From Candidatus Rokuibacteriota bacterium (GTDB lineage Bacteria > Methylomirabilota > Methylomirabilia > Rokubacteriales > CSP1-6): a stretch of 63,950 bases of DNA. Each line of letters begins with the position of its first letter. The stretch's first letter is position 1. A model generated the notes under the pieces. The model made no database searches, was not told where the DNA came from, and saw nothing but the letters and a program-made list of their open reading frames with translations. The stretch spans positions 1-63,950 of the forward strand of contig JBBDXN010000158.1 in assembly GCA_040902305.1 (NCBI GenBank), in the 5' to 3' direction. Position numbers and translations under genes: made by a program. Shown in pieces: positions 1 through 11,339 of the stretch.

Positions 1-63
1 TTTGCGATTCGGGAGGGTGGGCGGACGGTGGGGGCGGGCGTGGTCGCGGAGATCGTGGACTAG
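1..63 (+). CDS. tuf: Elongation factor Tu, C-terminal fragment (gene runs off the window)
   Basis: Frame 1 reads [20 protein letters not shown]-stop, the conserved EF-Tu C-terminus, directly upstream of rpsJ. Confidence 0.95.
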   Translation, partial: FAIREGGRTVGAGVVAEIVD

Positions 64-69
64 CACGCC

Positions 70-390
70 ATGGCTACCGTGAGCGCCGACCAGAAGATCC
101 GGATCCGCTTGAAGGCGTACGACCACAGTCTTCTGGATCGCTCGATGAAGGAGATCGTGGAGACGGTTCGCCGCACCGGCGCGCGCGTGACCGGGCCGGT
201 GCTCCTGCCCACCATCATCAACCGGTGGACGGTGCTGCGGTCGCCCCACGTGGACAAGACGTCGCGAGAGCAGTTCGAGATGCGGACCCACAAGCGACTC
301 ATCGACATCCTGGATCCGACGCCCCAGACGGTGGACGCGCTGATGAAGCTCGATCTGCCCAGCGGTGTGGACGTCGAGATCAAGCTCTAG
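70..390 (+). CDS. rpsJ: 30S ribosomal protein uS10
   Basis: [35 protein letters not shown]. Confidence 0.98.
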   Translation: MATVSADQKIRIRLKAYDHSLLDRSMKEIVETVRRTGARVTGPVLLPTIINRWTVLRSPHVDKTSREQFEMRTHKRLIDILDPTPQTVDALMKLDLPSGVDVEIKL

Positions 391-418
391 AGCTAGCGAG
401 AGAGCGAGAATCGCGCCA

Positions 419-1099
419 ATGGCGATGAAAGAGGGGCTGATCGGCCGCAAGAAGGGCATGACCCAGGTCTTCGGGGAGGACGGCAACCTGATCCCGGTGA
501 CCGTGGTCGAGGCCGGGCCCTGCACGGTGGTCGGCGTGCGCACCGCCGCCACCCACGGCTACGACGCGCTCCAGCTCGGGTTCGAGCCGAGGAAGAAGAA
601 CGTCACCAAGGCGATGAGCGGCCTCTACAAGAAGGCGGGCCTGACGGGCGCCATGCGCGTCCTGCGCGAGATCCGGTTGCAGAAGACGGAGGCGGTGAGC
701 GCCTACCAGGTCGGCCAGACCCTCACCGCGGATCTCTTCAGCCCGGGCGAGCTGGTGGACGTGGTCGCCACCACGAAGGGCAAGGGCTTCCAGGGTGGCG
801 TGAAGCGCTACGGCTGGTCCGGCGGCGACGCGAGCCACGGCTCCATGTTTCACCGGAGGCCGGGCTCGATCGGCGCGTCTTCGGACCCCTCCCGCGTCTG
901 GCCGGGCCACCACCTGCCGGGGCGGATGGGCGGGGACCAGCGCACCGTGCTCAACGTCGTGGTGGCGCGGGTGATCCCCGAGCAGAACCTGGTCCTGCTC
1001 CGCGGGGCGGTGCCGGGAGCCATCGGAGGGCTGGTGGTGATCCGCAAGAGCGTGAAGCAGACCAGGGCGCAGCGGCAGAAGACGCGAGAGGCCAAGTAG
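419..1099 (+). CDS. rplC: 50S ribosomal protein uL3
   Basis: GRKKGMTQVF, KGKGFQGGVKR, HGSMFHRRPGSIG; start at ATG 419 (or 425). Confidence 0.97.
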   Translation: MAMKEGLIGRKKGMTQVFGEDGNLIPVTVVEAGPCTVVGVRTAATHGYDALQLGFEPRKKNVTKAMSGLYKKAGLTGAMRVLREIRLQKTEAVSAYQVGQTLTADLFSPGELVDVVATTKGKGFQGGVKRYGWSGGDASHGSMFHRRPGSIGASSDPSRVWPGHHLPGRMGGDQRTVLNVVVARVIPEQNLVLLRGAVPGAIGGLVVIRKSVKQTRAQRQKTREAK

Positions 1100-1100
1100 C

Positions 1101-1901
1101 ATGCCCACCGTTCCGGTCGTCGACGGCAAAGGGAAGTCGCAGACGCTCGAGCTGTCCGCCGACGTGTTCGGCGGGACCCCCCGCGTGCCCCTGCTGCACC
1201 AGGTGGTCGTGAAGGAGCTGGCGGCGCGGCGCACCGGCACCCACTCGACCCTCGGGCGCAGCGACGTCTCCGGCGGCGGCCGCAAGCCCTGGAAGCAGAA
1301 GGGCACCGGGCGCGCTCGCCAGGGATCGATCCGGGCCACCCAGTGGAAGGGCGGCGGCAAGCCGTTCGGGCCCCGGCCGCGCAAGTACGACAAGCGGCTG
1401 CCCACCCAGATGCGTCGGGCCGCGCTCCGCGAGGCGGTGGCGGCCAAGCTCGGAGCCGGCGAGCTGTCGGTGGTGGACAGTCTCGGAGTGGTCGACGCGA
1501 AGACGAAGACGCTGGCGACCCGGCTCAAGGCGCTCGGCGTCGCCGGGCAGCCCACGCTGCTGGTGGTGGCGGAGATCGCGGAAGGGCTCATGCGCGCCGC
1601 GCGCAACGTGGCGTGGCTCTCGCTCGAGACGCCCAGCCACGTCTCGGTCTACCAGCTCATCCGGAGCGAGCGGGTGGTGTTCGAGAAGGCGGCCCTGCTC
1701 GCGCTGGAGGAGTCGCTCCGCAAGACCGGAGCCAGGCGCGAAATCGCCGGGGCAGGTGCGGTGGTCGCGAGGGCGCGGGCGCCTCGAGGTACGCGCGGCG
1801 GGGAGAGTGCCGGTTCCACGGATGTCCGCGGTGGGGGGAGTGCGGGGGCCATGTCTGGGCCCCCGCAGCTGAAAACCAAGCCTCGGAGAACCCGCTCATG
1901 A
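1101..1901 (+). CDS. rplD: 50S ribosomal protein uL4 with a ~60-aa C-terminal extension
   Basis: GGGRKPWKQKGTGRARQGSIR; operon position. Confidence 0.96.
   Translation: MPTVPVVDGKGKSQTLELSADVFGGTPRVPLLHQVVVKELAARRTGTHSTLGRSDVSGGGRKPWKQKGTGRARQGSIRATQWKGGGKPFGPRPRKYDKRLPTQMRRAALREAVAAKLGAGELSVVDSLGVVDAKTKTLATRLKALGVAGQPTLLVVAEIAEGLMRAARNVAWLSLETPSHVSVYQLIRSERVVFEKAALLALEESLRKTGARREIAGAGAVVARARAPRGTRGGESAGSTDVRGGGSAGAMSGPPQLKTKPRRTRS
1841..1867. repeat. Perfect 10-bp inverted repeat (TGCGGGGGCC-7nt-GGCCCCCGCA) inside the rplD tail
   Basis: Arms at 1841-1850 and 1858-1867 are exact reverse complements. Confidence 0.7.
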
Positions 1902-2188
1902 GAGACCCGCGGTCGGTGCTGGTACGCCCCCTGATGACGGAGAAGAGCATGCAGCAAAAAGAAGCCATGAACACGGTGACCTTCGAGGTGGCGGTGGACG
2001 CCAACAAGGTGGAGATCCGCCAGGCGGTGGAGAAAGTGTTCAACGTCAAGGTGGCCGGCGTGCGGACCCAGGCCCGGGAAGGCAAGTGGAAGCGCATGGG
2101 GAAGTTCGAGGGCCGGCGCCGGAGCTGGAAGAAGGCGATGGTCACGCTGGCCCCCGGCCACAAGATCGAGCTCGTGGAGGGCGCATAG
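1898..2188 (+). CDS. rplW: 50S ribosomal protein uL23
   Basis: [34 protein letters not shown]; ATGA overlap with the rplD stop. Confidence 0.96.
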   Translation: MRDPRSVLVRPLMTEKSMQQKEAMNTVTFEVAVDANKVEIRQAVEKVFNVKVAGVRTQAREGKWKRMGKFEGRRRSWKKAMVTLAPGHKIELVEGA

Positions 2189-2192
2189 CATC

Positions 2193-3017
2193 ATGGGGAT
2201 CCGGACAGTCAAGCCCACGTCGCCGGCCCGGCGCTACATGACCTTCGTCACCAACGAAGAGATCACCAAGAAGACGCCCGAGAAGAGCCTGCTGAGCCCC
2301 AAGCGACGCACCAACGGGCGCAACGTCTACGGCCGCATCACGGTGCGGCACCGGGGCGGCGGGGTCAAGCGCATGCTTCGCGACGTGGACTTCCGGCGCG
2401 AGAAGCACGGCATCCCGGCGAAGGTCGCGGGGATCGAGTACGATCCGAACCGCTCCGCCCGCATCGCGCTGCTGCACTATCGCGACGGCGAGAAGCGCTA
2501 CATCATCGCCCCGCACGGGCTCAAGCCCGGCGACGTGCTGATGTCGGGCCCCCAGGCCGACATCCTGCCCGGCAACGCCCTGCCCATCCGGAACATCCCG
2601 CTGGGTACGCTCGTGCACAACGTGGAGCTGCAGCCGGGCAAGGGCGGCCAGCTCTGTCGGAGCGCGGGCACGCTCGCCCAGGTCCTGGCCAAGGAAGGCG
2701 ACCACGCCAATCTCAAGCTGCCCTCGGGCGAGGTCCGGCAGGTGAAGCTCGACTGCATGGCCACCATCGGCCAGGTGGGCAACCTGGACCATGAGAACGT
2801 TTCGATCGGCAAGGCGGGGCGAATGCGGTGGAAAGGCTTCCGGCCGACCGTGCGGGGCACCGTGATGAACCCGGTGGACCACCCGATGGGTGGCGGCGAG
2901 GGCAAGGGTAAGGGCAACCATCCCATGACGCCCTGGGGCAAGCCGACCAAGGGCTACAAGACGCGGCGCGGGGCGAGGCCGTCGGATCGCTACATCGTGA
3001 CGCGTCGGACGAAATAG
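2193..3017 (+). CDS. rplB: 50S ribosomal protein uL2
   Basis: [31 protein letters not shown]. Confidence 0.98.
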   Translation: MGIRTVKPTSPARRYMTFVTNEEITKKTPEKSLLSPKRRTNGRNVYGRITVRHRGGGVKRMLRDVDFRREKHGIPAKVAGIEYDPNRSARIALLHYRDGEKRYIIAPHGLKPGDVLMSGPQADILPGNALPIRNIPLGTLVHNVELQPGKGGQLCRSAGTLAQVLAKEGDHANLKLPSGEVRQVKLDCMATIGQVGNLDHENVSIGKAGRMRWKGFRPTVRGTVMNPVDHPMGGGEGKGKGNHPMTPWGKPTKGYKTRRGARPSDRYIVTRRTK

Positions 3018-3033
3018 GGGGCGAGGCCAGGCC

Positions 3034-3327
3034 ATGGGACGGTCGCTGAAGAAGGGCCCGTACATCGAGGAGCGCCTCGAGAAGCGCGTCGAGGAACTGA
3101 ACCGCACGCGCCAGAAGAAGGTGCTGAAGACCTGGTCGCGGCGCTCCACCATCATCCCGGAGTTCGTGGGGCACACGCTCGCCGTCCACAACGGCAGGAA
3201 GTTCATCCCGGTGTACATTACCGAGAACATGGTGGGGCACCGGCTGGGCGAGTTCGCGCTGACCCGCACCTTCAAGGCGCACGGGCAGGCCGAGAAGGCC
3301 TCCGCGTCCCCGACCGGCAAGTCCTGA
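3034..3327 (+). CDS. rpsS: 30S ribosomal protein uS19
   Basis: [28 protein letters not shown]. Confidence 0.98.
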   Translation: MGRSLKKGPYIEERLEKRVEELNRTRQKKVLKTWSRRSTIIPEFVGHTLAVHNGRKFIPVYITENMVGHRLGEFALTRTFKAHGQAEKASASPTGKS

Positions 3328-3329
3328 GC

Positions 3330-3707
3330 ATGCGCACGCGAGCGACCGCGCGCTACATCCGGGTGCCTGCCTCCAAGGCCCGCCTCGTCCTGGATCACAT
3401 CCGGGGCAAGTCGGTGGGGGAGGCGCTGGCCACGCTTCAGTACACTCCGAAGGCGGCGGGCCGCCTGATCGAGAAGGTGCTGCGCTCCGCCATCGCCAAC
3501 GCGGAGCATAACCACCAGGTGCGGAATCTCGACGACCTCAGGGTGATCAAGGCGGTGGCCGACGGCGGGCCGTCCATGAAACGGGTGTCCCCGCGGGCGA
3601 TGGGGCGCGCCTACTTCATCAAGCACCGCACGAGCCATCTCACCATCGAGCTGACCGACGAGACGGTCGCGGGCCGCGCGGCGGCGGCGCGGGGAGACAA
3701 GAGGTAG
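3330..3707 (+). CDS. rplV: 50S ribosomal protein uL22
   Basis: [27 protein letters not shown]. Confidence 0.97.
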   Translation: MRTRATARYIRVPASKARLVLDHIRGKSVGEALATLQYTPKAAGRLIEKVLRSAIANAEHNHQVRNLDDLRVIKAVADGGPSMKRVSPRAMGRAYFIKHRTSHLTIELTDETVAGRAAAARGDKR

Positions 3708-3709
3708 TC

Positions 3710-4360
3710 ATGGGCCAGAAAACGCATCCGATCGGGTTCCGGCTGGGGTCCACCCGCACGTGGAGCTCGCGCTGGTTCGCCACCAAGGGCTACGCGGGTC
3801 TGCTGCACGAGGACCACAAGATCCGCCGCTACATCAAGTCGGCGCTCTACCACGCGGGGATCTCGCGGATCGACATCGAGCGTTCGGCCAACCGCGCCCG
3901 CATCACCATCTTCACGGCCCGGCCCGGCATCATCATCGGCCGCAAGGGGGCCGAGGTGGAGAAGCTGAAGAACGAGATCCAGATGCGGACGGCCAAGGAG
4001 GTCTACCTCAACATCGAAGAGGTGGTGCATCCGGAGCTGGACGCGCAACTGGTGGCCGAGAACGTGGCCCTGCAGCTCCAGAAGCGGGTGGCCTTCCGGC
4101 GCGCCATGAAGAAGGCGGTGACCTCCGCGCTGCGGCTCGGCGCCGACGGCATCCGGATCGCCTGCTCCGGGCGCCTGGGCGGCTCGGAGATCGCGCGGCG
4201 GGAGTGGTACCGCGACGGCCGCGTGCCGCTGCACACGATCCGCGCCGACATCGACTACGGGCTCGCGGAGGCGCACACCACGTTCGGGGCCATCGGCGTG
4301 AAGGTGTGGATCTTCAAGGGCGAGGTGCTGCCCACCCAGAAAGTCGCGGCCGAGGGCTAA
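3710..4360 (+). CDS. rpsC: 30S ribosomal protein uS3
   Basis: [27 protein letters not shown]. Confidence 0.98.
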   Translation: MGQKTHPIGFRLGSTRTWSSRWFATKGYAGLLHEDHKIRRYIKSALYHAGISRIDIERSANRARITIFTARPGIIIGRKGAEVEKLKNEIQMRTAKEVYLNIEEVVHPELDAQLVAENVALQLQKRVAFRRAMKKAVTSALRLGADGIRIACSGRLGGSEIARREWYRDGRVPLHTIRADIDYGLAEAHTTFGAIGVKVWIFKGEVLPTQKVAAEG

Positions 4361-4366
4361 GTCGCC

Positions 4367-4783
4367 ATGCTGAGCCCCAAGCGCGTCAAGTATCGCAAGG
4401 CCCAGCGCGGCCGGATGAAGGGCAAGGCGCAGCGCGGCTCCACCCTCGCCTTCGGCGAGTTCGGGCTCAAGGCCCTGGAGCCGGGCTGGGTCACCAACCG
4501 CCAGATCGAGGCGGCGCGGGTGTCGCTGGCCCGCAGCGTCAAGCGCGGGGGGAAGATCTTCATCCGCATCTTCCCGGACAAGCCGGTGACCAAGAAGCCG
4601 GCCGAGACCCGGATGGGCAAGGGCAAGGGCAACCCCGAGTTCTGGGTGGCGGTCGTCAAGCCCGGCCGCATCATGTACGAGATGGAGGGCGTGGACGAGG
4701 CGACGGCCAAGGAAGGGTTCCGCCTGGCCGCCCAGAAGATTGGCATCAAGACCAAGTTCGTGACCCGCGTGCGGGCGCTGTGA
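4367..4783 (+). CDS. rplP: 50S ribosomal protein uL16
   Basis: [15 protein letters not shown]. Confidence 0.98.
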   Translation: MLSPKRVKYRKAQRGRMKGKAQRGSTLAFGEFGLKALEPGWVTNRQIEAARVSLARSVKRGGKIFIRIFPDKPVTKKPAETRMGKGKGNPEFWVAVVKPGRIMYEMEGVDEATAKEGFRLAAQKIGIKTKFVTRVRAL

Positions 4784-4799
4784 GGCACCGAGAGGACCA

Positions 4800-5006
4800 A
4801 TGAAGGCGGCCAAGTGGCGCGAGATGTCCGACGATGAGCTGCAGCAGAAGGCGCAGGAGCTCGGTGAGGAGCTCTTCAACCTGAGGTTCCAGCTCTCCAT
4901 GGGCGTGGCCAAGAATCCGGCGCGGGTGGCGATCGCCCGGCGGGATCTGGCCCGGGCCCAGACCATTCTCCGGGAGCGGGCGCCGCGCATCCCGCGGCCG
5001 GCGTAG
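4800..5006 (+). CDS. rpmC: 50S ribosomal protein uL29
   Basis: [21 protein letters not shown]. Confidence 0.95.
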   Translation: MKAAKWREMSDDELQQKAQELGEELFNLRFQLSMGVAKNPARVAIARRDLARAQTILRERAPRIPRPA

Positions 5007-5027
5007 CGGGGTGGGGAGGAGCGAATC

Positions 5028-5276
5028 GTGGGCGTGAAGAAGAGGCGGGAAGGCGTGGTGGTCAGCGACAAGATGACGAAGACGCGGGTGGTGCGCATCG
5101 AGCGCGTATTCCGTCACCCGCGCTACGAGCGCGTGATCACCCGGTCGAAGCGCCTGAAGGCGCACGACGAGCAGAACGCGAGCAAGGTGGGAGATCGGGT
5201 GCTGCTCGAGGAGACGCGGCCGCTGTCCAAGGAGAAGCGGTGGCGGATCCTGCAGGTGCTGGCGAGTGCGTCATGA
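5028..5276 (+). CDS. rpsQ: 30S ribosomal protein uS17
   Basis: [22 protein letters not shown]; GGAGG ribosome-binding site before the GTG. Confidence 0.96.
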   Translation: MGVKKRREGVVVSDKMTKTRVVRIERVFRHPRYERVITRSKRLKAHDEQNASKVGDRVLLEETRPLSKEKRWRILQVLASAS

Positions 5277-5641
5277 TCCAGCCCCGCTCGATGCTCGACG
5301 TCGCGGACAACTCGGGGGCCAAGAAGGTCCAGTGCATCCGGGTGCTGGGCGGCGCCAACAAGCGGTACGCCTCCCTCGGCGACCTGGTGGTGGTGGCGGT
5401 GAAGGAGGCGGTGCCGGACGGGACCGTGAAGAAGGGCGAGGTGGCGCGGGCGGTGGTGGTCCGCACCGTGAAGGAGGTGGGCCGCCGCGACGGCTCCTAC
5501 ATCCGCTTCGACCGCAACGCGGTGGTGCTGCTCAAGGCGGACGACAACCCGGTGGGCACGCGCATCTTCGGCCCGGTGGCGCGGGAGCTGCGGGACAAGC
5601 AGTTCACCCGGATCATCTCGCTCGCCCCCGAGGTCATCTAG
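5273..5641 (+). CDS. rplN: 50S ribosomal protein uL14
   Basis: [25 protein letters not shown]; start at ATG 5273. Confidence 0.98.
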   Translation: MIQPRSMLDVADNSGAKKVQCIRVLGGANKRYASLGDLVVVAVKEAVPDGTVKKGEVARAVVVRTVKEVGRRDGSYIRFDRNAVVLLKADDNPVGTRIFGPVARELRDKQFTRIISLAPEVI

Positions 5642-5649
5642 AGGACGTC

Positions 5650-5976
5650 ATGGCGATCGCGCACGTGCGGAAGGGCGACACGGTGGTGGTGGTGGCGGGC
5701 AAGGAGCGCGGCAAGAAGGGCAAGGTGCTGCGCGTGATTCCCGAGAAGGGCCGGGTGGTGGTGGAGCGCATCAACATGATCAAGAAGCACCAGAAGCCCA
5801 CCCAGAAGCTGCGGCAGGGCGGGATCATCGAGCGGGAGGGGGCGATTCACCTCTCCAACGTGATGCTGGTGGATCCCGGCAGCGACCGGCCGACGCGGGT
5901 CGGCATGCGGGCGTTGTCCGACGGCAAGAAGGTGCGGGTGGCCAAGCGGTCGGGCGAGATGCTCGACAAGGCGTGA
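5650..5976 (+). CDS. rplX: 50S ribosomal protein uL24
   Basis: [21 protein letters not shown] (KOW motif), [15 protein letters not shown]; start at ATG 5650. Confidence 0.96.
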   Translation: MAIAHVRKGDTVVVVAGKERGKKGKVLRVIPEKGRVVVERINMIKKHQKPTQKLRQGGIIEREGAIHLSNVMLVDPGSDRPTRVGMRALSDGKKVRVAKRSGEMLDKA

Positions 5977-5983
5977 GGGCGTG

Positions 5984-6685
5984 ATGGCAGAGCCGAAGAA
6001 GGCAGACAAGGCAGCGGCGGCAAAGGCGGGCGGAGCCCCGGCGGGCAAGGGTGGCCAGGCGCCCCGCCCCAAGGGTGGCAAGGGCGCCCCGGCGGCGGAG
6101 CCGCAGGCTCCGGCGAAGCGGGCCAGCGTGAGCGGGGCCGTGCCGCCGCGGATGCGCGAGCGGTTCCGCACCGCGGTGGTGCCGGCGATGATGAAGGAGC
6201 GCGGCTACGGCAATCCGTTCCAGGTGCCGCGGCTCGCCAAGGTCGTGATCAACATGGGAGTGGGCGAGGGCAAGGAGAATCCGAAGGTGCTGGACTTCGC
6301 CACCGCGGACCTGCAGGCGATCTCGGGGCAGAAGCCGGTGATCACCCGGGCCAAGAGGTCCATCGCCAACTTCAAGCTCCGCGAGAACGTGCCGATCGGC
6401 TGCAAGGTGACGCTGAGGGGGCCGCGCATGTACGAGTTCGTGGACCGGCTCGTCAACGTGGCGCTGCCCCGGGTGCGGGACTTCAAGGGCGTCCCTCCCA
6501 AGGGCTTCGACGGCCGGGGCAACTACAACCTCGGCCTCAAGGAGCAGATCATCTTCCCGGAGATCGTCTACGACAAGGTGGACAAGGTCCGCGGCATGGA
6601 TATCACGATGGTGACGACCGCGCGGACCGACGAGGAAGCGAAGGCGCTCTTGACTCACCTGGGCGTGCCCTTCCGGGAGGCATAG
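5984..6685 (+). CDS. rplE: 50S ribosomal protein uL5 with an Ala/Lys/Gly/Pro-rich N-terminal extension
   Basis: [27 protein letters not shown]. Confidence 0.97.
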   Translation: MAEPKKADKAAAAKAGGAPAGKGGQAPRPKGGKGAPAAEPQAPAKRASVSGAVPPRMRERFRTAVVPAMMKERGYGNPFQVPRLAKVVINMGVGEGKENPKVLDFATADLQAISGQKPVITRAKRSIANFKLRENVPIGCKVTLRGPRMYEFVDRLVNVALPRVRDFKGVPPKGFDGRGNYNLGLKEQIIFPEIVYDKVDKVRGMDITMVTTARTDEEAKALLTHLGVPFREA

Positions 6686-6687
6686 GC

Positions 6688-6873
6688 ATGGCCAAGACCT
6701 CGCTCATCATGAAGCAGCAGCGGGTGCCCAAGTTCAAGTCGCGCGCCTACACCCGTTGCAAGATCTGCGGCCGGCCGCGCGGCTACCTGCGGAAGTTCCA
6801 GACCTGCCGGCTCTGCTTCCGCGAGCTCGCGCTCAAGGGCGAGGTGCCCGGCGTGATCAAGGCGAGCTGGTAG
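6688..6873 (+). CDS. rpsZ: 30S ribosomal protein uS14, short zinc-binding type Z
   Basis: 61 aa with CKIC...CRLC and the terminal KASW. Confidence 0.96.
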   Translation: MAKTSLIMKQQRVPKFKSRAYTRCKICGRPRGYLRKFQTCRLCFRELALKGEVPGVIKASW

Positions 6874-6877
6874 CGCC

Positions 6878-7270
6878 ATGTACAGCGACCCGATCGCCGA
6901 CTTCCTCACCCGCATCCGCAACGGGAGCCGCGCCGAGCACGAGAAGGTGGACATCCCGTCGTCGAAGCTCAAGCTGCGCATGGCCGAGATCCTCAAGGAC
7001 GAGGGGTTCATCAAGAACTTCCGGGTCATCGAGGACAACAAGCAGGGCACCCTGCGCGTCTACCTCAAGTACGCGGGCAGCGAGAAGATCATCTCCGGGA
7101 TCGTGCGGGTGTCGCGTCCCGGGCGGCGCATCTACGTGTCCAAGGACAAGATCCCGACCATTCTGGGCGGCATGGGGGTGGCGATTCTCTCCACCTCCGC
7201 CGGAGTGATGACGGACCGCCAGGTGCGCAAGCAGCACCTGGGCGGCGAAGTGCTGGCCTACGTCTGGTAG
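6878..7270 (+). CDS. rpsH: 30S ribosomal protein uS8
   Basis: [29 protein letters not shown]. Confidence 0.98.
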   Translation: MYSDPIADFLTRIRNGSRAEHEKVDIPSSKLKLRMAEILKDEGFIKNFRVIEDNKQGTLRVYLKYAGSEKIISGIVRVSRPGRRIYVSKDKIPTILGGMGVAILSTSAGVMTDRQVRKQHLGGEVLAYVW

Positions 7271-7284
7271 GAGTGACCCGAGCC

Positions 7285-7827
7285 ATGTCGCGAATCGGCA
7301 AGAAGCCCATTCCGGTTCCCCCGGGAGTCAAGGTCGCGCTGGAAGGCGCCACCGTGAAGGCGGAGGGGCCCAAGGGCAAGCTGAGCCAGTCGATCCCGTC
7401 CGGCGTCTCGGTGTCGATGGAATCCAATGTGCTCACCGTCGCCCGGGACTCCGATCATCGCAACGTCCGCGCCCTGCACGGGCTGACGCGGTCGTTGCTG
7501 GCCAACATGGTCACCGGGGTCAAGGACGGCTTCGAGCGCAAGCTCGAGATCGTCGGGATCGGCTACCGCTGCCAGGTCCAGGGCAAGGCGTTGCAGCTCG
7601 CGCTCGGCTATTCGCATCCGGTCATCTTCCCGCTGCCCGACGGGATCCAGGTCGAGGTGGACCGTCAGGTCTCCATCACCCTGCGCGGCGCGGACAAGGC
7701 CCTGCTCGGTCAGACCGCGGCGAAGCTGCGGGCCCTGCGGAAGCCCGATCCGTACAAGGGCAAGGGCATCAAGTACGCGGACGAGTACATTCGGAGAAAA
7801 GTGGGCAAGAAGGCGGGCGCCAAGTAA
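7285..7827 (+). CDS. rplF: 50S ribosomal protein uL6
   Basis: [22 protein letters not shown]. Confidence 0.98.
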   Translation: MSRIGKKPIPVPPGVKVALEGATVKAEGPKGKLSQSIPSGVSVSMESNVLTVARDSDHRNVRALHGLTRSLLANMVTGVKDGFERKLEIVGIGYRCQVQGKALQLALGYSHPVIFPLPDGIQVEVDRQVSITLRGADKALLGQTAAKLRALRKPDPYKGKGIKYADEYIRRKVGKKAGAK

Positions 7828-8192
7828 TGCTGACCGGACAGAAGATCCTGGGACGGAAGGTGCGCCATCTCCGCATTCGCCGGCAGGTGATCGGCACGCC
7901 GGAGCGGCCGCGGCTGGCCGTGTTCCGCAGCCTGAATCACATCTACGCCCAGGTGGTCGACGACGCCAGCGGGCGCACGCTCGCCTCGGTGGACAGCCGG
8001 GCTCCGGAGTTTCGGGAGAAGGCGAAGGCGGGCGGCAACGTGGCCGCGGCCAAGATCGTGGGGGAGCTGCTGGCCCAGCGCGCGAAGGCGCGCGGCATCA
8101 GCCGGGTGGTGTTCGATCGCGGCGGCTACCAGTACCACGGGCGCGTGAAAGCCCTGGCCGAGGCGGCACGGGCCGCCGGCCTTGCCTTTTAG
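7827..8192 (+). CDS. rplR: 50S ribosomal protein uL18
   Basis: [28 protein letters not shown]. Confidence 0.97.
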   Translation: MLTGQKILGRKVRHLRIRRQVIGTPERPRLAVFRSLNHIYAQVVDDASGRTLASVDSRAPEFREKAKAGGNVAAAKIVGELLAQRAKARGISRVVFDRGGYQYHGRVKALAEAARAAGLAF

Positions 8193-8206
8193 GGGAGGAG
8201 CATCGA

Positions 8207-8737
8207 GTGGCTGAAGCGCGGATTGATCCCAATGCACTGGACCTGACCGACCGGGTGGTCGCCATCAACCGGGTCGCCAAGGTGGTCAAGGGCGGCCGGC
8301 GATTCTCCTTCACGGCGCTGGTGGTGGTGGGCGACGGTCAGGGACACGTGGGCGTGGGGCTCGGGAAGGCCCGCGAGGTTCCCGAGGCCATTCGCAAGTC
8401 GGTGGAGCACGCCAAGAAGGATCTGGTGCAGGTGCCGCTGAAGAACACCACGATCCCCTGCGAGATCACCGGCCACTTCGGGGCCGCGCGCGTGTACCTC
8501 AAGCCGGCTGCGCAGGGCACCGGGGTCATCGCGGGTGGAGCGGTGCGCCCGGTGCTGGAGGCGGCCGGGGTGCAGGACATCCTCACCAAGACGCTCGGCA
8601 CCAACAACCCGCACAACGTGCTCAAGGCGACGATGGACGCCTTCCGGAGGTTGAAGCGCCTGCAGGCCACGTACGCGGCGCGCCGCCGGTCCATGGAAGG
8701 TGACGGGCAGGAGGCGACCGGTGGCAAAGAAGCTTAA
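8207..8737 (+). CDS. rpsE: 30S ribosomal protein uS5
   Basis: [22 protein letters not shown]. Confidence 0.98.
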   Translation: MAEARIDPNALDLTDRVVAINRVAKVVKGGRRFSFTALVVVGDGQGHVGVGLGKAREVPEAIRKSVEHAKKDLVQVPLKNTTIPCEITGHFGAARVYLKPAAQGTGVIAGGAVRPVLEAAGVQDILTKTLGTNNPHNVLKATMDAFRRLKRLQATYAARRRSMEGDGQEATGGKEA

Positions 8738-8903
8738 GGTGACCCTGGTGAGGAGCATCATCGGGCTCTCCCCGAAGCAGGAGGGGACCGTCCACGCGCT
8801 CGGCCTGCGCCGGATCCGCCAGGTCGTGGAGCACGACGACACGCCCTCCATCCGCGGCATGATCAGCCACGTCGTGTTCGCGGTGAAGGTAGAGGAGTCA
8901 TGA
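8721..8903 (+). CDS. rpmD: 50S ribosomal protein uL30
   Basis: [23 protein letters not shown]; GTG 8721 preceded by AGGAGG. Confidence 0.93.
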   Translation: MAKKLKVTLVRSIIGLSPKQEGTVHALGLRRIRQVVEHDDTPSIRGMISHVVFAVKVEES

Positions 8904-9376
8904 GACTCGAAGATCTCAGGCCGGCGCCGGGCTCCACCAAGAAGCGCAAGCGGATCGGCCGAGGCCCTGGCTCCGGTCACGGCAAGACGTCGGGCAAGGG
9001 CCACAAGGGCCTCAACGCGCGGTCGGGAGGCGGCGTCCGGCCGGGGTTCGAGGGTGGCCAGATGCCGCTCTACCGGCGGCTGCCCAAGCGCGGCTTCCTG
9101 CCCTACGGGGGAAAGACCGAGTTCGCCATCGTGAACGTCCGTGATCTCTCCGCCCGCTTCGCGGCAGGAAGCGTGGTCGATCCGGAGACGCTGGTGTCGA
9201 GCGGGCTGATCCGCAAGTCGGGCCGGCGGGCGGTCAAGATCCTGGGCGACGGCGACGTGGCCCACGCCCTCACCGTGCGCGTCCACAAGATCAGCGAGTC
9301 GGCCAAGCAGAAGCTCGAGGCGGCGGGCGGGCACGTCGAGGCACTGCCCGGCAAGGGCGCGGGGACCCGCAAGTGA
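8900..9376 (+). CDS. rplO: 50S ribosomal protein uL15
   Basis: [36 protein letters not shown]. Confidence 0.98.
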   Translation: MRLEDLRPAPGSTKKRKRIGRGPGSGHGKTSGKGHKGLNARSGGGVRPGFEGGQMPLYRRLPKRGFLPYGGKTEFAIVNVRDLSARFAAGSVVDPETLVSSGLIRKSGRRAVKILGDGDVAHALTVRVHKISESAKQKLEAAGGHVEALPGKGAGTRK

Positions 9377-10683
9377 TCGAAGGCCTGCAGAGCTTCCAGA
9401 ACATCTTCAAGGTTCCGGAGCTCAAGCGCCGCGTCATCATGACGCTGGCTCTGCTCGCCGCCTACCGGCTGGGCGCCCACGTGCCGACGCCGGGCATCGA
9501 CGCGGCGGCGCTGGCCGAGTTCTTCGACCAGGTCCAGGGCACCCTGCTCGGCATGGTGGACCTCTTCTCCGGCGGGAACCTGCGCCGGCTCACCGTGTTT
9601 GCCCTCGGGATCATGCCGTACATCTCGGCGTCGATCATCCTCCAGCTCCTCACGGTGGTGATCCCCACGCTCGAGCGGCTCGCCAAGGAGGGCGAGGCGG
9701 GCAAGAAGAAGATCACCCAGTACACCCGCTACGGCACCATCGGGCTCTCGCTCGTGCAGTCCTTCGGCATCGCGGTGGGGCTCGAGAGCATGCGGAGCCA
9801 GACCGGTGGCATCCTGGTCCCGGATCCGGGCTGGGACTTCCGGCTCATGACCATGCTCACCCTGACCACCGGGACCGCGCTGATCATGTGGCTCGGCGAG
9901 CAGATCTCCGAAAAGGGGATCGGCAACGGGATCTCCCTGATCATTCTCGCGGGTATCGTGGTGCGCCTGCCCTCGGCGATCGTCTCCTCCTACACCCTCA
10001 TCTCCACCGGCGAGCTCAAGCTCTTCGTGTTCCTGGGCTTGATCATCATGATGGTCCTGGTGACCGCGGCGGTCGTGGTGATGCAGGAGGGCCAGCGCAA
10101 GATCCCGGTGCAGTACGCCAAGCGGGTGGTGGGGCGCCGCATGTACGGGGGCCAGTCCACCCACATCCCGCTGCGCATCAATACCGCGGGCGTCATCCCG
10201 GTCATCTTCGCCTCGTCGCTGATCCTGTTCCCGGCGACCCTGACGCGCTTCATCCACCATCCGTGGATGCAGTACATCTCGGAGGCGCTCTCGCCCGGGC
10301 ACTTCACCTACACGGTCCTCTACTGCGGGCTGATCATCTTCTTCGCCTACTTCTACACCGCCATCGTCTTCAACCCGGTGGACCTCGCCGACAACATGAA
10401 GAAGTACGGCGGGTTCATCCCGGGGGTGCGGCCCGGCAAGAAGACGGCGGAGTACATCGACCGGACCCTGACCCGGATCACGCTGCCCGGCGCCGTGTTC
10501 CTGGCCCTGATCTCGGTGCTGCCCGACTTCCTGATCATGTGGTTCAACACCCCGTTCTACTTCGGCGGGACCAGCCTCCTCATCGTGGTCGGCGTGGCCC
10601 TGGATACGGTTCGTCAGATGGAGTCTCATCTGCTCATGCGGAACTACGAAGGATTCCTCCGCAGGAAGGCGAAGGGGGCATGA
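9373..10683 (+). CDS. secY: Preprotein translocase subunit SecY
   Basis: [41 protein letters not shown]; multi-pass membrane protein. Confidence 0.98.
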   Translation: MIEGLQSFQNIFKVPELKRRVIMTLALLAAYRLGAHVPTPGIDAAALAEFFDQVQGTLLGMVDLFSGGNLRRLTVFALGIMPYISASIILQLLTVVIPTLERLAKEGEAGKKKITQYTRYGTIGLSLVQSFGIAVGLESMRSQTGGILVPDPGWDFRLMTMLTLTTGTALIMWLGEQISEKGIGNGISLIILAGIVVRLPSAIVSSYTLISTGELKLFVFLGLIIMMVLVTAAVVVMQEGQRKIPVQYAKRVVGRRMYGGQSTHIPLRINTAGVIPVIFASSLILFPATLTRFIHHPWMQYISEALSPGHFTYTVLYCGLIIFFAYFYTAIVFNPVDLADNMKKYGGFIPGVRPGKKTAEYIDRTLTRITLPGAVFLALISVLPDFLIMWFNTPFYFGGTSLLIVVGVALDTVRQMESHLLMRNYEGFLRRKAKGA

Positions 10684-11339
10684 GCCGGGTCATCTTTCTC
10701 GGCCCCCCGGGGGCCGGCAAGGGCACCCAGGCTCGGCGGCTCGCCGCTCACTCGGGGGTCCCGCAGGTGGCGACCGGCGACATGCTCCGCGAGTCGGCCG
10801 CCGAGGGCACGCCTCTCGGGCGCGAGGCCAAGCGCTACATGGACCAGGGCGCGCTCGTCCCGGACGAGGTGGTGATCGGCCTGGTGGACGGGCGGCTCTC
10901 CCGCCCCGACGCGGGCGCGGGCTACGTGCTGGACGGCTTCCCGCGCACGGTGGCCCAGGCGGAGGCCCTCGACGCGCTGCTGGGCCGGCTCGGCCAGGAT
11001 CTCGACCGGGTGGTCTTCTTCGACGTGTCCCGCGACGAGCTGATGCGCCGCCTGACCGGGCGCCGGATCTGCCGGCAATGCGGCACCGCCTTTCATGTGG
11101 TCTCGGCGCCGCCCAAGACGGCGGGCCGGTGCGATCAATGCGGGGGCGAGCTCTACCAGCGGGAGGACGACGCGGAGGGCACCGTGGCGCGCCGGCTCGA
11201 CGTCTACCAGACGCAGACCGCACCCCTGCTCGACTACTACCGGAAGCGGGGCCTCCTGGCGCGAGTGGCCGGGGAAGGGCCGGTTGACGGAGTGGCCGCG
11301 TCGATCCGGAAGGCGGTCAAGGAGCCGGTGATCTCGTGA
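10680..11339 (+). CDS. adk: Adenylate kinase (zinc-lid type)
   Basis: GPPGAGKGTQ, LDGFPRT, lid CRQC...CDQC; ATG 10680 overlaps the secY stop. Confidence 0.97.
   Translation: MSRVIFLGPPGAGKGTQARRLAAHSGVPQVATGDMLRESAAEGTPLGREAKRYMDQGALVPDEVVIGLVDGRLSRPDAGAGYVLDGFPRTVAQAEALDALLGRLGQDLDRVVFFDVSRDELMRRLTGRRICRQCGTAFHVVSAPPKTAGRCDQCGGELYQREDDAEGTVARRLDVYQTQTAPLLDYYRKRGLLARVAGEGPVDGVAASIRKAVKEPVIS

Noticed and set aside
9888-11339. Apparent long N-terminal extensions on adk, and likewise on rplW, rplX, trpG, the HldE-like gene and gmhB
   Set aside because: Artefacts of the ORF caller choosing the most upstream start; conserved N-termini and stop/start overlaps define shorter genes
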